Shown here: positions 24,301 through 37,500 of the stretch, in pieces
Numbering within the stretch: position 1 is the first letter of the stretch
Layout of the letters: each line of letters opens with the position of its first letter
DNA from: Eledone cirrhosa
Taxonomy: Eukaryota
Length of the DNA stretch: 64,000 nucleotides
Assembly: GCA_964016885.1 (NCBI GenBank)
Contig: OZ024743.1
Coordinates: 132,494,001-132,558,000 of the forward strand
Direction of reading: 5' to 3'
The notes under the pieces: generated by a model
The model's input: only the letters and a program-made list of their open reading frames with translations
Databases searched by the model: none
What the model was told of the DNA's origin: nothing
Position numbers and translations under genes: made by a program

Positions 24301-27300
24301 GTGTTTGGTGCTTGGTGCTTGGTGCTTGCTGTTTGGTGCTTGGTGCTTGGTGCTTGGTCTTTGGTGCTTGGTGTTTGGTGCTTGGTGCTTGGTGCTTGGT
24401 GTTTGGTGCTTGGTGATTAGTGTTTGGTGCTTGGTGCTTGGGGTTTGGTGTTTGGTGCTTGGTACTTGGTGTTTGGTGCTTGGTGTTTGGTGTTTGCTGT
24501 TTGGTGTTTGGAGTTTGCTGTTTGCTGTTTGCTGTTTGCTTTTTGGTGTTTGGTGTTTGCTGTATGGTGTTTGCTGTTTGGTGTTTGGTGTTTGCTGTTT
24601 GGTGTTTGGTGTTTGCTGTTTGGTTTTTGGTGCTTGGTGTTTGGTGCTTGGTGCTTGGTGTTTGGTGTTTGGTGCTTGGTGATTAGTGTTTGGTGCTAGG
24701 TGCTTGGGGTTTGGTGTTTGGTGCTTGGTGCTTGGTGTTTGGTGCTTGGTGCTTGGTGTTTGGTGCTTGGTGCTTGGTGTTTGCTGTTTGCTGTTTGCTG
24801 TTTGGTGTTTGTTGTTTGGTGTTTGTTGATTGGTGTTTGCTGTTTGGTGCTTGGTGCTTGGTCTTTGGTGCTTGGTGTTTGGTGTTTGGTGCTTGGTGCT
24901 TTGTGTTTGGTGCTTGGTGATTAGTGTTTGGTGCTTGGTGCTTGGGGTTTGGTGTTTGGTGCTTGGTACTTGTTGTTTGGTGCTTGGTGTTTGGTGTTTG
25001 CTGTTTGGTGTTTGGTGTTTGGTGTTTGCTGTATGGTGTTTGCTGTTTCGTGTTTGGTGTTTGCTGTTTGGTGTTTGGTGTTTGCTGTTTGGTGTTTGGT
25101 ATTTGGTGCTTGGTGTTTGTTGCTTGGTGCTTGGTGTTTGGTGTTTGGTGCTTGGTGTTTGGTGTTTGGTGCTTGGTGCTTGGTGCTTGGTGTTTGGTGT
25201 TTGGTGTTTGGTGCTTGGTGTCTGGTGCTTGGTGTTTGGTGTTTGGTGTTTGGTGCTTGGTGTCTGGTGTTTGGTGTTTGGTGTTTGGTGCTTGTTGCTT
25301 GGTACTTGGTGCTTGGTGTTTGGTGCTTGGTGCTTGGTGTTTGGTGCTGGGTGCTTGGTGTTTGGTGCTTGGTGCTTGGTGCTTGGTGTTTGGTGTTTGG
25401 TGCTTGGTGCTTGGTGCTTGGTGTTTGGTGTTTGGTGCTTGGTATTTTATGCTTGGTGTTTGATGTTTGGTGCTTGGTGCTTGGTGTTTGGTGCTTGGTG
25501 CTTGGTGTTTGTACTTGGTGCTTGGTGCTTGGTTCTTGGTGTTTGGTGCTTGGTGCTTGGTGCTTGGTGCTTGGTGTTTGGTGCTTGGTCTTTGGTGCTT
25601 GGTGTTTGGTGCTTGGTGCCTGGTGCTTGGTGCTTGGTGCTTGGTGTTTGGTGCTTGGTGTTTGGTGCTTGGTATTAGGTGTTTGGTGCTTGGTGCTTGG
25701 TGTTTGGTGTTTGGTGCTTGGTGTTTGGTGCTTGGTGCTTGGTGTTTGGTGTTTGGTGCTTGGTGTTTGGTGCTTGGTACTTGGTGCTTGGTGCTTGGTG
25801 TTAGGTGTTTGGTGCTTGGTGCTTGGTGTTTGATTTTTGGTGCTTGGTGCTTGGTGTTTGGTGTTTGGTGCTTGCTGCTGGCTGCTTGGTGTTTGGTGCT
25901 TGGTGATTGGTGCTTGGTGTTTGGTGCTTGGTGTTTGGTGTTTGGTACTAGGTGCTTGGTGCTTGGTGTTTGGTGCTTGGTGCTTGGTGTTTGGTGTTTG
26001 GTGCTTGGTGCTTGGTGTTTGGTGCTTGGTGCTGGGTGCTGGGTGGTTGGTGTTTGGTGTTTGGTGTTTGGTGCTGGGTGCTTGGTGTTTGGTGCTTGGT
26101 GCTTGGTCTTTGGTGTTTGGTGTTTGGTGTTTGGTGCTTGGTGCTTGGTGCTTCGTGTTTGGTGCTTGGTGCTTGGTGTTTGGTGCTTGGTGCTTAGTGT
26201 TTGGTGCTAGGTGCTTGTGGTTTGGTGTTTGGTGCTTGGTGCTTGGTGTTTGGTGCTTGGTGCTTGGTGTTTGGTGTTTGGTGCTTGGTGCTTGGTGTTT
26301 GGTGTTTGGTGTTTGCTGTTTGGTGTTTGGTGTTTGGTGTTTGCTGTTTGGTGTCTGCTTTTTGGTGTTTGGTGTTGGCTGTATGTTATTTGCTGTTTGG
26401 TGTTTGGTGTTTGGTGTTTGGTGCTTGGTGCTTGGTGTTTGGTGTTTGGTGCTTGGTGCTTGGAATTTGGTGTTTGGTGCTTGGTGCTTGGTGTTTTGTG
26501 TTTGGTGTTTGGTTTTTGGTGCTTGGTGCTTGGTGCTTGTTGCTTGGTCCTTGGTGTTTGGTTCTTGGTTCTTGGTGTTTGGTACTTGGTGCTTGGTGCT
26601 TGGTGCTTGGTGTTTGGTGTTTGGTGCTTGGTGTTTGGTGCTTGGTGCTTGGTGCTTGGTGTTAGGTGTTTGGTGCTTGGTGCTTGGTGTTTGGTGCTTG
26701 GTGTTTGGTGTTTGCTGTTTGGTGTTTGGTGCTTGGTGTTTGGTGTTTGCTGTTTGGTGTCTGCTTTTTGGTGATTGGTGTTTGGTGTATGGTGTTTGCT
26801 GTTTCGTGTTTGGTGTTTGCTGTTTGGTGTTTGGTGTTTGCTGTTTGGTGTTTGGTCTTTGGTGCTTGGTGTTTGGTGCTTGGTGCTTGGTGTTTGGTGT
26901 TTGGTGCTTGGTGCTTGGTGCCTCGTGTTTGGTGTTTGGTGCTTGGTGTCTGGAGCTTGGTGTTTGGTGTTTGGTGCTTGGTGTTTGGTGTTTGGTGCTT
27001 GGTGATTGGTGTTTGGTGCTTGGTGCTTGGTGTTTGTGCTTGGTGCTTGGTGTTTGGTGTTTGGTGCTTGGTGCTTGGTGCTTGGTGTTTGGTGTTTGGT
27101 GCTTGGTGCTTGGTGTTTGGTGTTTGGTTCTTGGTGCTTGGTATTTGGTGCTTGGTGCTTGCTGCTTGGTGTTTGGTGCTTGGTGATTGATGCTTGGTGT
27201 TTGATGCTTGGTGCTTGGTGTTTGGTTTTTGGTGCTAGGTGCTTGGTGCTTGGTGTTTGGTGCTTGGTGTTTGGTGTTTGCTGCTTGGTGCTTGGGGCTT

Positions 27301-28450
27301 GGTGTTTGGTACTTGGTGCTTGGTGCTTGGTGTTTGGTGCTTGGTGCTTGGTGTATGGTGTTTGGTGTTTGGTGCTTGGTGCTTGGTGTTTGTTGCTTGG
27401 TACTTGGTTCATGGTGTTTGGTGCTGGGTGCTTGGTGTTTGGTGCTTGGTGCTTGGTGTTTGGTGTTTGGTGCTTGGTGTTTGGTGTTTGGTGCTTGGTG
27501 CTTGGTGTTTGTTGCTTGGTACTTGGTGCATGGTGTTTGGTGCTGGGTGCTTGGTGTTTGGTGCTTGGTGTTTGGTGCTTGGTGCTTGGTGTTTGGTGTT
27601 TGGTGTTTGATGCTTGGTGTTTGATGCTTGGTGCTTGGTGCTTGGTGTTTGGTGCTTGGTGTTTGTACTTGTTGCTTGGTGTTTTGTGCTTGGTTCTTTG
27701 TGTTTGGTGTTTGGTGCTTGTAGCTTGGTGCTTGGTGTTAGGTGTTTGGTGCTTGGTGCTTGGTGTTTGGTGTTTGGTCCTTGGTGCTTGGTGTTTAGTG
27801 CTTGGTGCTTGGTGTTTGTTGTTTGGTGCTTTCTGCTTGCTGCTTGGCGTTTGGTGCTTGGTGCTTGGTGCTTGTGGTTTGGTGTTTGGTGCTAGGTGCT
27901 TGGTGTTTGGTGTTTGGTGTTTGATTCTTGGTGTTTGGTGCTTGGTGTTTGGTGTTTTGTGCTTGGTGCTTGGGGCTTGGTGTTTAGTGCTTGGTGCTTG
28001 GTGCTTGGTGTTTGGTGTTTGGTGTTTGGTGCTTGGTGCTTGGTGTTTGGTGCTTGGTGCTTGGTGCTGGGTGGTTGGTATTTGGTGCTTGGTGCTTGGT
28101 GTTTGGTGCTTGGTGCTTGGTGCTTGCTGTTTGGTGCTTGGTGCTTGGTGCTTGGTCTTTGGTGCTTGGTGTTTGGTGCTTGGTGCTTGGTGCTTGGTGT
28201 TTGGTGCTTGGTGATTAGTGTTTGGTGCTTGGTGCTTGGGGTTTGGTGTTTGGTGCTTGGTACTTGGTGTTTGGTGCTTGGTGTTTGGTGTTTGCTGTTT
28301 GGTGTTTGGTGTTTGCTGTTTGCTGTTTGCTGTTTGCTTTTTGGTGTTTGGTGTTTGCTGTATGGTGTTTGCTGTTTGGTGTTTGGTGTTTGCTGTTTGG
28401 TTTTTGGTGCTTGGTGTTTGGTGCTTGGTGCTTGGTGTTTGGTGTTTGGT
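20925..28450 (+). repeat. ~3.75-3.8 kb tandem duplication (offset 3742, then 3798 after a 56-bp indel)
   Basis: ORF pairs 20948/24690, 21725/25467, 22403/26201 and 24420/28218. Private variants: TTGATTT (22088/25830), TTGGAAT (22662/26460) and TTGTAGC (23920/27718). Confidence 0.88.
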
Positions 28451-28639
28451 GTTTGGTGCTTGGTGTTTGGTGTTTGTTGCTTGGTGCTTGGTGCTTGGAG
28501 TTTGGTGTTTGGTGTTTGGTGCTTGGTGTCTGGTGCTTGGTGTTTGGTGTTTGGTGTTTGGTGCTTGGTGTTTGGTGTTTGGTGTTTGGTGCTTGGTGTT
28601 TGGTGTTTGGTGTTTGGTGTTTGGTGCTTGTTGCTTGGT

Positions 28640-31600
28640 GCTTGGTGCTTGGTGTTTGGTTCTTGGTTCTTGGTGTTTGGTACTTGGTGCTTGGTGTTTG
28701 GTGCTGGGTGCTTGGTGTTTGGTGCTTGGTGCTTGGTGCTTGCTGTTTGGTGTTTGGTGCTTGGTGCTTGGTGTTTGGTGTTTGGTGTTATATGCTTGGT
28801 GTTTGATGCTTGGTGCTTGGTGCTTGGTATTTGGTGTTTGGTGCTTGGTGTTTGTACTTGGTGCTTGGTTCTTGGTTCTTGGTGCTTGGTGCTTGGTGCT
28901 TGGTGCTTGGTGCTTGGTGCTTGGTGTTTGGTGCTTGGTGTTTGGTGCTTGGTGTTTGGTGCTTGGTGCCTGGTGCTTGGTGCTTGGTGCTTGGTGTTTG
29001 GTGCTTGGTGTTTGGTGCTTGGTGTTAGGTGTTTGGTGCTTGGTGCTTGGTGTTTGGTGTTTGGTGCTTGGTGTTTGGTGCTTGGTGCTTGGTGTTTGGT
29101 GTTTGGTGCTTGGTGTTTGGTGCTTGGTACTTGGTGCTTGGTGCTTGGTGTTAGGTGTTTGGTGCTTGGTGCTTGGTGTTTGGTTTTTGGTGCTTGGTGC
29201 TTGGTGTTTGGTGTTTGGTGCTTGCTGCTGGCTGCTTGGTGTTTGGTGCTTGGTGATTGGTGCTTGGTGTTTGGTGCTTGGTGTTTGGTGTTTGGTACTA
29301 GGTGCTTGGTGTTTGGTGTTTGGTGCTTGGTGCTTGGTGTTTGGTGTTTGGTGTTTGGTGCTTGGTGCTTGGTGCTTGGTGCTGGGTGGTTGGTGTTTGG
29401 TGCTTGGTGATTAGTGTTTGGTGCTAGGTGCTTGGGGTTTGGTGTTTGGTGCTTGGTGCATGGTGTTTCGTGCTTGGTGCTTGGTGTTTGGTGCTTGGTG
29501 CTTGGTGTTTGGTGTTTGCTGTTTGCTGTTTGGTGTTTGTTGTTTGGTGTTTGTTGATTGGTGTTTGCTGTTTGGTGTTTGGTATTTGGTGTTTGCTGTT
29601 TGGTGTCTGCTTTTTGGTGTTTGGTGTTTGCTGTATGTTGTTTGCTGTTTGGTGTTTGGTGTTTGGTGTTTCGTGTTTGCTGCTTGGTGCTTGGTGTTTG
29701 GTGCTTGGGGCTTGGTGTTTGGTGCCTGGTGCTTGGTACTTGGTTGTTTGGTGTTTGGTGCTTGGTGCTTGGGGCTTGGAGTTTGGTGTTTGGTGCTTGG
29801 TGCTTGGTGTTTTGTGTTTGGTGTTTGGTTTTTGATGCTTGGTGCTTGGTGCTTGGCGCTTGGTCCTTGGTGTTTGGTGCTTGGTGCTTGGTGTTTGTAC
29901 TTGGCGCTTGCTGCTTGGTGTTTGGTTCTTGGTTCTTGGTGTTTGGTACTTGGTGCTTGGTGCTTGGTGCTTGGTGTTTGGTGTTTGGTGCTTGGTGTTT
30001 GGTGCTTGGTGCTTGGTGTTTGCTGTTTGGTGTTTGGTGTTTGGTGTTTGGTGTTTGCTGTTTGGTGTCTGCTTTTTGGTGTTTGGTGTTTGCTGTATGG
30101 TGTTTGCTGTTTCGTGTTTGGTGTTTGCTGTTTGGTGTTTGGTGCTTCGTGTTTGGTGTTTGTTTTTGGTGCTTGGTGTCTGGTGCTTGATGTTTGGTGT
30201 TTGGTGCTTGGTGTTTGGTGTTTGGTGCTTGGTGCTTGGTGTTTGGTGCTTGGTGCTTGGTGTTTGGTGTTTGGTTCTTGGTGCTTGGTATTTGGTGCTT
30301 GGTGCTTGCTGCTTGGTGTTTGGTGCTTGGTGATTGATGCTTGGTGTTTGGTGCTTGGTGCTCAGTGTTTGGTTTTTGGTGCTAGGTGCTTGGTGCATGG
30401 TGTTTAGTGCTTGGTGTTTGGTGTTTGGTGGTTGGTGCTTGGGGATTGGTATTTGGTACTTGGTGCTTGGTGCTTGGTGTTTGGTGCTTGGTGCTTGGTG
30501 TTTGGTGTTTGGTGCTTGGTGCTTGGTGTTTGGTGCTTGGTGCTTGGTGTTTGGTGTTTGGTGCTTGGTGCTTGGTGTTTGGTGCTTGGTGCTTGGTGCT
30601 TGTTGTTTGGTGATTGGTGCTTGGTGCTTGGTGTTTGGTGTTTGGTGCTTGGTGTTTGGTTCTTGGTTCTTGGTGTTTGGTACTTGGTGCTTGGTGTTTG
30701 GTGCTGGGTACTTGGTGTTTGGTGCTTGGTGCTTGGTGCTTGCTGTTTGGTGTTTGGTGCTTGGTGCTTGGTGTTTGGTGTTTGGTGTTATATGCTTGGT
30801 GTTTGATGCTTGGTGCTTGGTGCTTGGTATCTGGTGTTTGGTGCTTGGTGTTTGTACTTGGTGCTTGGTTCTTGGTTCTTGGTGCTTGGTGCTTGGTGCT
30901 TGGTGCTTGGTGCTTGGTGTTTGGTGCTTGGTGTTTGGTGTTTGGTGTTTGGTGCTTGGTGTTTGGTGCTTGGTGCTTGGTGTTTGGTGTTTGGTGCTTG
31001 GTGTTTGGTGCTTGGTACTTGGTGCTTGGTGCTTGGTGTTAGGTGTTTGGTGCTTGGTGCTTGGTGTTTGGTTTTTGGTGCTTGGTGCTTGGTGTTTGGT
31101 GTTTGGTGCTTGCTGCTGGCTGCTTGGTGTTTGGTGCTTGGTGATTGGTGCTTGGTGTTTGGTGCTTGGTGTTTGGTGTTTGGTACTAGGTGCTTGGTGT
31201 TTGGTGTTTGGTGCTTGGTGCTTGGTGTTTGGTGTTTGGTGTTTGGTGCTTGGTGCTTGGTGCTTGGTGCTGGGTGGTTGGTGTTTGGTGCTTGGTGATT
31301 AGTGTTTGGTGCTAGGTGCTTGGGGTTTGGTGTTTGGTGCTTGGTGCATGGTGTTTCGTGCTTGGTGCTTGGTGTTTGGTGCTTGGTGCTTGGTGTTTGG
31401 TGTTTGCTGTTTGCTGTTTGGTGTTTGTTGTTTGGTGTTTGTTGATTGGTGTTTGCTGTTTGGTGTTTGGTATTTGGTGTTTGCTGTTTGGTGTCTGCTT
31501 TTTGGTGTTTGGTGTTTGCTGTATGTTGTTTGCTGTTTGGTGTTTGGTGTTTGGTGTTTCGTGTTTGCTGCTTGGTGCTTGGTGTTTGGTGCTTGGGGCT

Positions 31601-34540
31601 TGGTGTTTGGTGCCTGGTGCTTGGTACTTGGTTGTTTGGTGTTTGGTGCTTGGTGCTTGGGGCTTGGAGTTTGGTGTTTGGTGCTTGGTGCTTGGTGTTT
31701 TGTGTTTGGTGTTTGGTTTTTGATGCTTGGTGCTTGGTGCTTGGCGCTTGGTCCTTGGTGTTTGGTGCTTGGTGCTTGGTGTTTGTACTTGGCGCTTGCT
31801 GCTTGGTGTTTGGTTCTTGGTTCTTGGTGTTTGGTACTTGGTGCTTGGTGCTTGGTGCTTGGTGTTTGGTGTTTGGTGCTTGGTGTTTGGTGCTTGGTGC
31901 TTGGTGTTTGCTGTTTGGTGTTTGGTGTTTGGTGTTTGGTGTTTGCTGTTTGGTGTCTGCTTTTTGGTGTTTGGTGTTTGCTGTATGGTGTTTGCTGTTT
32001 CGTGTTTGGTGTTTGCTGTTTGGTGTTTGGTGCTTCGTGTTTGGTGTTTGTTTTTGGTGCTTGGTGTCTGGTGCTTGATGTTTGGTGTTTGGTGCTTGGT
32101 GTTTGGTGTTTGGTGCTTGGTGCTTGGTGTTTGGTGCTTGGTGCTTGGTGTTTGGTGTTTGGTTCTTGGTGCTTGGTATTTGGTGCTTGGTGCTTGCTGC
32201 TTGGTGTTTGGTGCTTGGTGATTGATGCTTGGTGTTTGGTGCTTGGTGCTCAGTGTTTGGTTTTTGGTGCTAGGTGCTTGGTGCATGGTGTTTAGTGCTT
32301 GGTGTTTGGTGTTTGGTGGTTGGTGCTTGGGGATTGGTATTTGGTACTTGGTGCTTGGTGCTTGGTGTTTGGTGCTTGGTGCTTGGTGTTTGGTGTTTGG
32401 TGCTTGGTGCTTGGTGTTTGGTGCTTGGTGCTTGGTGTTTGGTGTTTGGTGCTTGGTGCTTGGTGTTTGGTGCTTGGTGCTTGGTGCTTGTTGTTTGGTG
32501 ATTGGTGCTTGGTGCTTGGTGTTTGGTGTTTGGTGCTTGGTGTTTGGTTCTTGGTTCTTGGTGTTTGGTACTTGGTGCTTGGTGTTTGGTGCTGGGTACT
32601 TGGTGTTTGGTGCTTGGTGCTTGGTGCTTGCTGTTTGGTGTTTGGTGCTTGGTGCTTGGTGTTTGGTGTTTGGTGTTATATGCTTGGTGTTTGATGCTTG
32701 GTGCTTGGTGCTTGGTATCTGGTGTTTGGTGCTTGGTGTTTGTACTTGGTGCTTGGTTCTTGGTTCTTGGTGCTTGGTGCTTGGTGCTTGGTGCTTGGTG
32801 CTTGGTGTTTGGTGCTTGGTGTTTGGTGCTTGGTGTTTGGTGCTTGGTGCCTGGTGCTTGGTGCTTGGTGCTTGGTGTTTGGTGCTTGGTGTTTGGTGCT
32901 TGGTGTTAGGTGTTTGGTGCTTGGTGCTTGGTGTTTGGTGTTTGGTGCTTGGTGTTTGGTGCTTGGTGCTTGGTGTTTGGAGTTTGGTGCTTGGTGTTTG
33001 GTGCTTGGTACTTGGTGCTTGGTGCTTGGTGTTAGGTGTTTGGTGCTTGGTGCTTGATGTTTGGTTTTTGGTGCTTGGTGCTTGGTGTTTGGTGTTTGGT
33101 GCTTGCTGCTGGCTGCTTGGTGTTTGGTGCTTGGTGATTGGTGCTTGGTGTTTGGTGCTTGGTGTTTGGTGTTTGGTACTAGGTGCTTGGTGTTTGGTGT
33201 TTGGTGCTTGGTGCTTGGTGTTTGGTGTTTGGTGTTTGGTGCTTGGTGCTTGGTGCTTGGTGCTGGATGGTTGGTGTTTGGTGCTTGGTGATTAGTGTTT
33301 GGTGCTAGGTGCTTGGGGTTTGGTGTTTGGTGCTTGGTGCTTGGTGTTTGGTGCTTGGTGCTTGGTGTTTGGTGCTTGGTGCTTGGTGTTTGGTGTTTGC
33401 TGTTTGCTGTTTGGTGTTTGTTGTTTGGTGTTTGTTAATTGGTGTTTGCTGTTTGGTGTTTGGTATTTGGTGTTTGCTGTTTGGTGTCTGCTTTTTGGTG
33501 TTTGGTGTTTGCTGTATGTTGTTTGGTGTTTGGTGTTTGGTGTTTGGTGTTTGGTGTTTGCTGCTTGGTGCTTGGTGTTTGGTGCTTGGGGCTTGGTGTT
33601 TGGTGCCTGGTGCTTGGTACTTGGTTGTTTGGTGTTTGGTGCTTGGTGCTTGGGGCTTGGAGTTTGGTGTTTGGTGCTTGGTGCTTGGTGTTTTGTGTTT
33701 GGTGTTTGGTTTTTGGTGCTTGGTTCATGGTGCTTGGCGCTTGGTCCTTGGTGTTTGGTGCTTGCTGCTTGGTGTTTGTACTTGGTGCTTGGTGCTTGGT
33801 GTTTGGTTCTTGGTTCTTGGTGTTTGGTACTTGGTGCTTGGTGCTTGGTGCTTGGTGTTTGGTGTTTGGTGCTTGGTGTTTGGTGCTTGGTGCTTGGTGC
33901 TTGGTGCTTGGTGTTAGGTGTTTGGTGCTTGGTGCTTGGTGTTTGGTGCTTGGTGTTTGCTGTTTGGTGTTTGGTGTTTGGTGTTTGGTGTTTGCTGTTT
34001 GGTGTCTGCTTTTTGGTGTTTGGTGTTTGCTGTATGGTGTTTGCTGTTTCGTGTTTGGTGTTTGCTGTTTGGTGTTTGGTGCTTCGTGTTTGGTGTTTGT
34101 TTTTGGTGCTTGGTGTCTGGTGCTTGATGTTTGGTGTTTGGTGCTTGGTGTTTGGTGTTTGGTGCTTGGTGCTTGGTGTTTGGTGCTTGGTGCTTGGTGT
34201 TTGGTGTTTGGTTCTTGGTGCTTGGTATTTGGTGCTTGGTGCTTGCTGCTTGGTGTTTGGTGCTTGGTGATTGATGCTTGGTGTTTGGTGATTGGTGCTC
34301 AGTGTTTGGTTTTTGGTGCTAGGTGCTTGGTGCATGGTGTTTGGTGCTTGGTGTTTGGTGTTTGGTGGTTGGTGCTTGGGGATTGGTGTTTGGTACTTGG
34401 TGCTTGGTGCTTGGTGTTTGGTGCTTGGTGCTTGGTGTTTGGTGCTTGGTGCTTGGTGTTTGGTGTTTGGTGCTTGGTGCTTGGTGTTTGGTGCTTGGTG
34501 CTTGGTGCTTGTTGTTTGGTGATTGGTGCTTGGTGCTTGG
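28640..34540 (+). repeat. ~1.9-2.0 kb unit in about three tandem copies (offsets 1888-2000)
   Basis: ORFs 29418/31306/33299 and 30334/32222. The private 8-bp unit TTGGTTGT occurs at 29740, 31628 and 33621, and CTCAGTG at ~30361, ~32249 and ~34298. Confidence 0.87.
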
Positions 34541-37500
34541 TGTTTGGTGTTTGGTGCTTGGGGCTTGGTGTTTGGTGCTGCGTGCTTGGTGCTTGGTGCT
34601 TGGTGCTTGGTGCTTGGTGTTTGGTGTTTGGTGTTTGATGCTTGGTGCTTGGTGTTTGTTGTTTGGTGCTTGGTGTTTGGTGTTTGCTGTTTGCTGTTTG
34701 CTGCTTGGTGTTTCCTGTTTGGTGTTTGGTGTTTGGTGTTTGCTGTTTGGTGTTTGCTGTTTGGTGTTTGGTGCTTGCTGTTTGGTGCTTGGTGTTTGGT
34801 GCTTGGTGCTTGGTGTTTGGTGTTTGGTGTTTGGTGCTTGGTGCTTGGGGCTTGATTTGGTGCTTGGTGCTTGGTGCTTGGTGTTTGGTGTTTGGTGCTT
34901 GGTGTTTGGTGCTTGGTGCTTGGTGCTGGATGTTTGGTGCTTGGTGTTTGGTGCATGGTGCTTGGTGCTTGTTGTTTGTCGCTTGTTGCTTGGTGCTTGG
35001 TGTTTGGTGCTTGGTGCTTGGTGTTTGGTGTTTGGTGCTTGGTGCTTGGTGTTTGGTGTTTGGTGCTTGGTGTTTGGTGTTTGGTGCTTGGTGCTTGGTG
35101 TTTGTTGCTTGGTACTTGGTGCATGGTGTTTGGTGCTGGGTGCTTGGTGTTTGGTGCTTGGTGTTTGGTGCTTGGTGCTTGGTGTTTGGTGTTTGGTGTT
35201 TGATGCTTGGTGTTTTATGCTTGGTGCTTGGTGTTTGGTGCTTGGTGTTTGTACTTGGTGCTTGGTGCTTGGTGTTTTGTGCTTGGTTCTTGGTGTTTGG
35301 TGTTTGGTGCTTGGTACTTGGTGCTTGGTGTTAGGTGTTTGGTGCTTGGTGCTTGGTGTTTGGTGTTTGGTCCTTGGTGCTTGGTGCTTGGTGTTTAGTG
35401 CTTGGTGCTTGGTGTTTGTTGTTTGGTGCTTTCTGCTTGCTGCTTGGTGTTTGCTGCTTGGTGCTTGGTGCTTGGTGTTTGGTGTTTGGTGCTAGGTGCT
35501 TGGTGTTTGGTGTTTGGTGTTTGATGCTTGGTGTTTGGTGTTTGGTGCTTGGTGCTTGGGGCTTGGTGTTTGGTGCTTGGTGCTTGGTGCTTGGTGTTTG
35601 GTGCTTGGTGCTTGGTGTTTGGTGTTTGGTGTTTGGTGCTTGGTGCTTGGTGTTTGGTGCTTGGTGCTTGGTGCTGGGTGGTTGGTATTTGGTGCTTGGT
35701 GCTTGGTGTTTGGTGTTTGGTGCTTGGTGCTTGGTGCTTGGTGTTTTGTGCTTGGTGCTTGGTGCTTGGTCTTTGGTGCTTGGTGTTTGGTGTTTGGTGC
35801 TTGGTGCTTTGTGTTTGGTGCTTGGTGATTAGTGTTTGGTGCTTGGTGCTTGGGGTTTGGTGTTTGGTGCTTGGTACTTGGTGTTTGGTGCTTGGTGTTT
35901 GGTGTTTGCTGTTTGGTGTTTGGTGTTTGGTGTTTGCTGTTTGGTGTCTGCTTTTTGGTGTTTGGTGTTTGCTGTATGATGTTTGCTGTTTCGTGTTTGG
36001 TGTTTGCTGTTTGGTGTTTGGTGTTTGCTGTTTGGTGCTTGGTGTTTGGTGTTTGGTGCTTGGTGCTTGGTGCTTGGTGTTTGCTGTTTGGTGTTTGGTG
36101 CTTGGTGTCTGGTGCTTGGTGTTTGGTGTTTGGTGTTTGGTGCTTGGTGTTTGGTTTTTGGTGTTTGGTGCTTGTTGCTTGGTGCTTGGTGCTTGGTGTT
36201 TGGTGCTTGGTGCTTGGTGTTTGGTGCTGGGTGCTTGGTGTTTGGTGCTTGGTGCTTGGTGCTTGGTGTTTGGTGTTTGGTGCTTGGTGCTTGGTGTTTG
36301 GTGTTTGGTGTTATATGCTTGGTGTTTGATGCTTGGTGCTTGGTGCTTGGTGTTTGGTGTTTGGTGCTTGGTGTTTTATGCTTGGTGTTTGATGTTTGGT
36401 GCTTGGTGCTTGGTGTTTGGTGCTTGGTGCTTGGTGTTTATACTTGGTGCTTGGTGCTTGGTTCTTGGTGTTTGGTGCTTGGTGCTTGGTGCTTGGTGCT
36501 TGGTGTTTGGTGCTTGGTGTTTGGTGCTTGGTGCCTGGTGCTTGGTGCTTGGTGCTTGCTGTTTGGTGCTTGGTGTTTGGTGCTTGGTATTAGGTATTTG
36601 GTGCTTGGTGCTTGGTGTTTGGTGTTTGGTGCTTGGTGTTTGGTGCTTGGTGCTTGGTGTTTGGTGTTTGGTGCTTGGTGTTTGGTGCTTGGTACTTGGT
36701 GCTTGGTGCTTGGTGTTAGGTGTTTGGTGCTTGGTGCTTGGTGTTTGGTTTTTGGTGCTTGGTGCTTGGTGTTTGGTGTTTGGTGCTTGCTGCTGGCTGC
36801 TTGGTGTTTGGTGCTTGGTGATAGGTGCTTGGTGTTTGGTGCTTGGTGTTTGGTGTTTGGTACTAGGTGCTTGGTGCTTGGTGTGTGGTGCTTGGTGCTT
36901 GGTGTTTGGTGTTTGGTGCTTGGTGCTTGGTGTTTGGTGCTTGGTGCTGGGTTCTGGGTGGTTGGTCTTTGGTGCTTGGTGTTTGGTGCTGGGTGCTTGG
37001 TGTTTGGTGCTTGGTGCTTGGAGTTTGGTGTTTGGTGTTTGGTGTTTGGTGTTTGCTGCTTGGTGCTTGGTGCTTGGTGTTTGGTGCTTGGTGCTTGGTG
37101 TTTGGTGCTTGGTGCTTAGTGTTTGGTGCTAGGTGCTTGGGGTTTGGTGTTTGGTGCTTGGTGCTTGGGGTTTGGTGCTTGGTGCTTGGTGTTTGGTGTT
37201 TGGTGCTTGGTGCTTGGTGTTTGGTGTTTGCTGTTTGCTGTTTGGTGTTTGTTGTTTGGTGTTTGTTGTTTGGTGTTTGCTGTTTGGTGTTTGGTGTTTG
37301 GTGTTTGCTATTTGGTGTCTGCTTTTTGGTGTTTGGTGTTTGCTGTATGTTATTTGCTGTTTGGTGTTTGGTGTTTGGTGTTTGGTGCAGGGTGCTTGGT
37401 GTTTGGTGCTTGGTGCTTGGTGTTTGGTGCCTGGTGCTTGGTGCTTGGTGTTTGGTGTTTGGTGCTTGGAGTTTGGTGTTTGGTGCTTGGTGCTTGGTGT

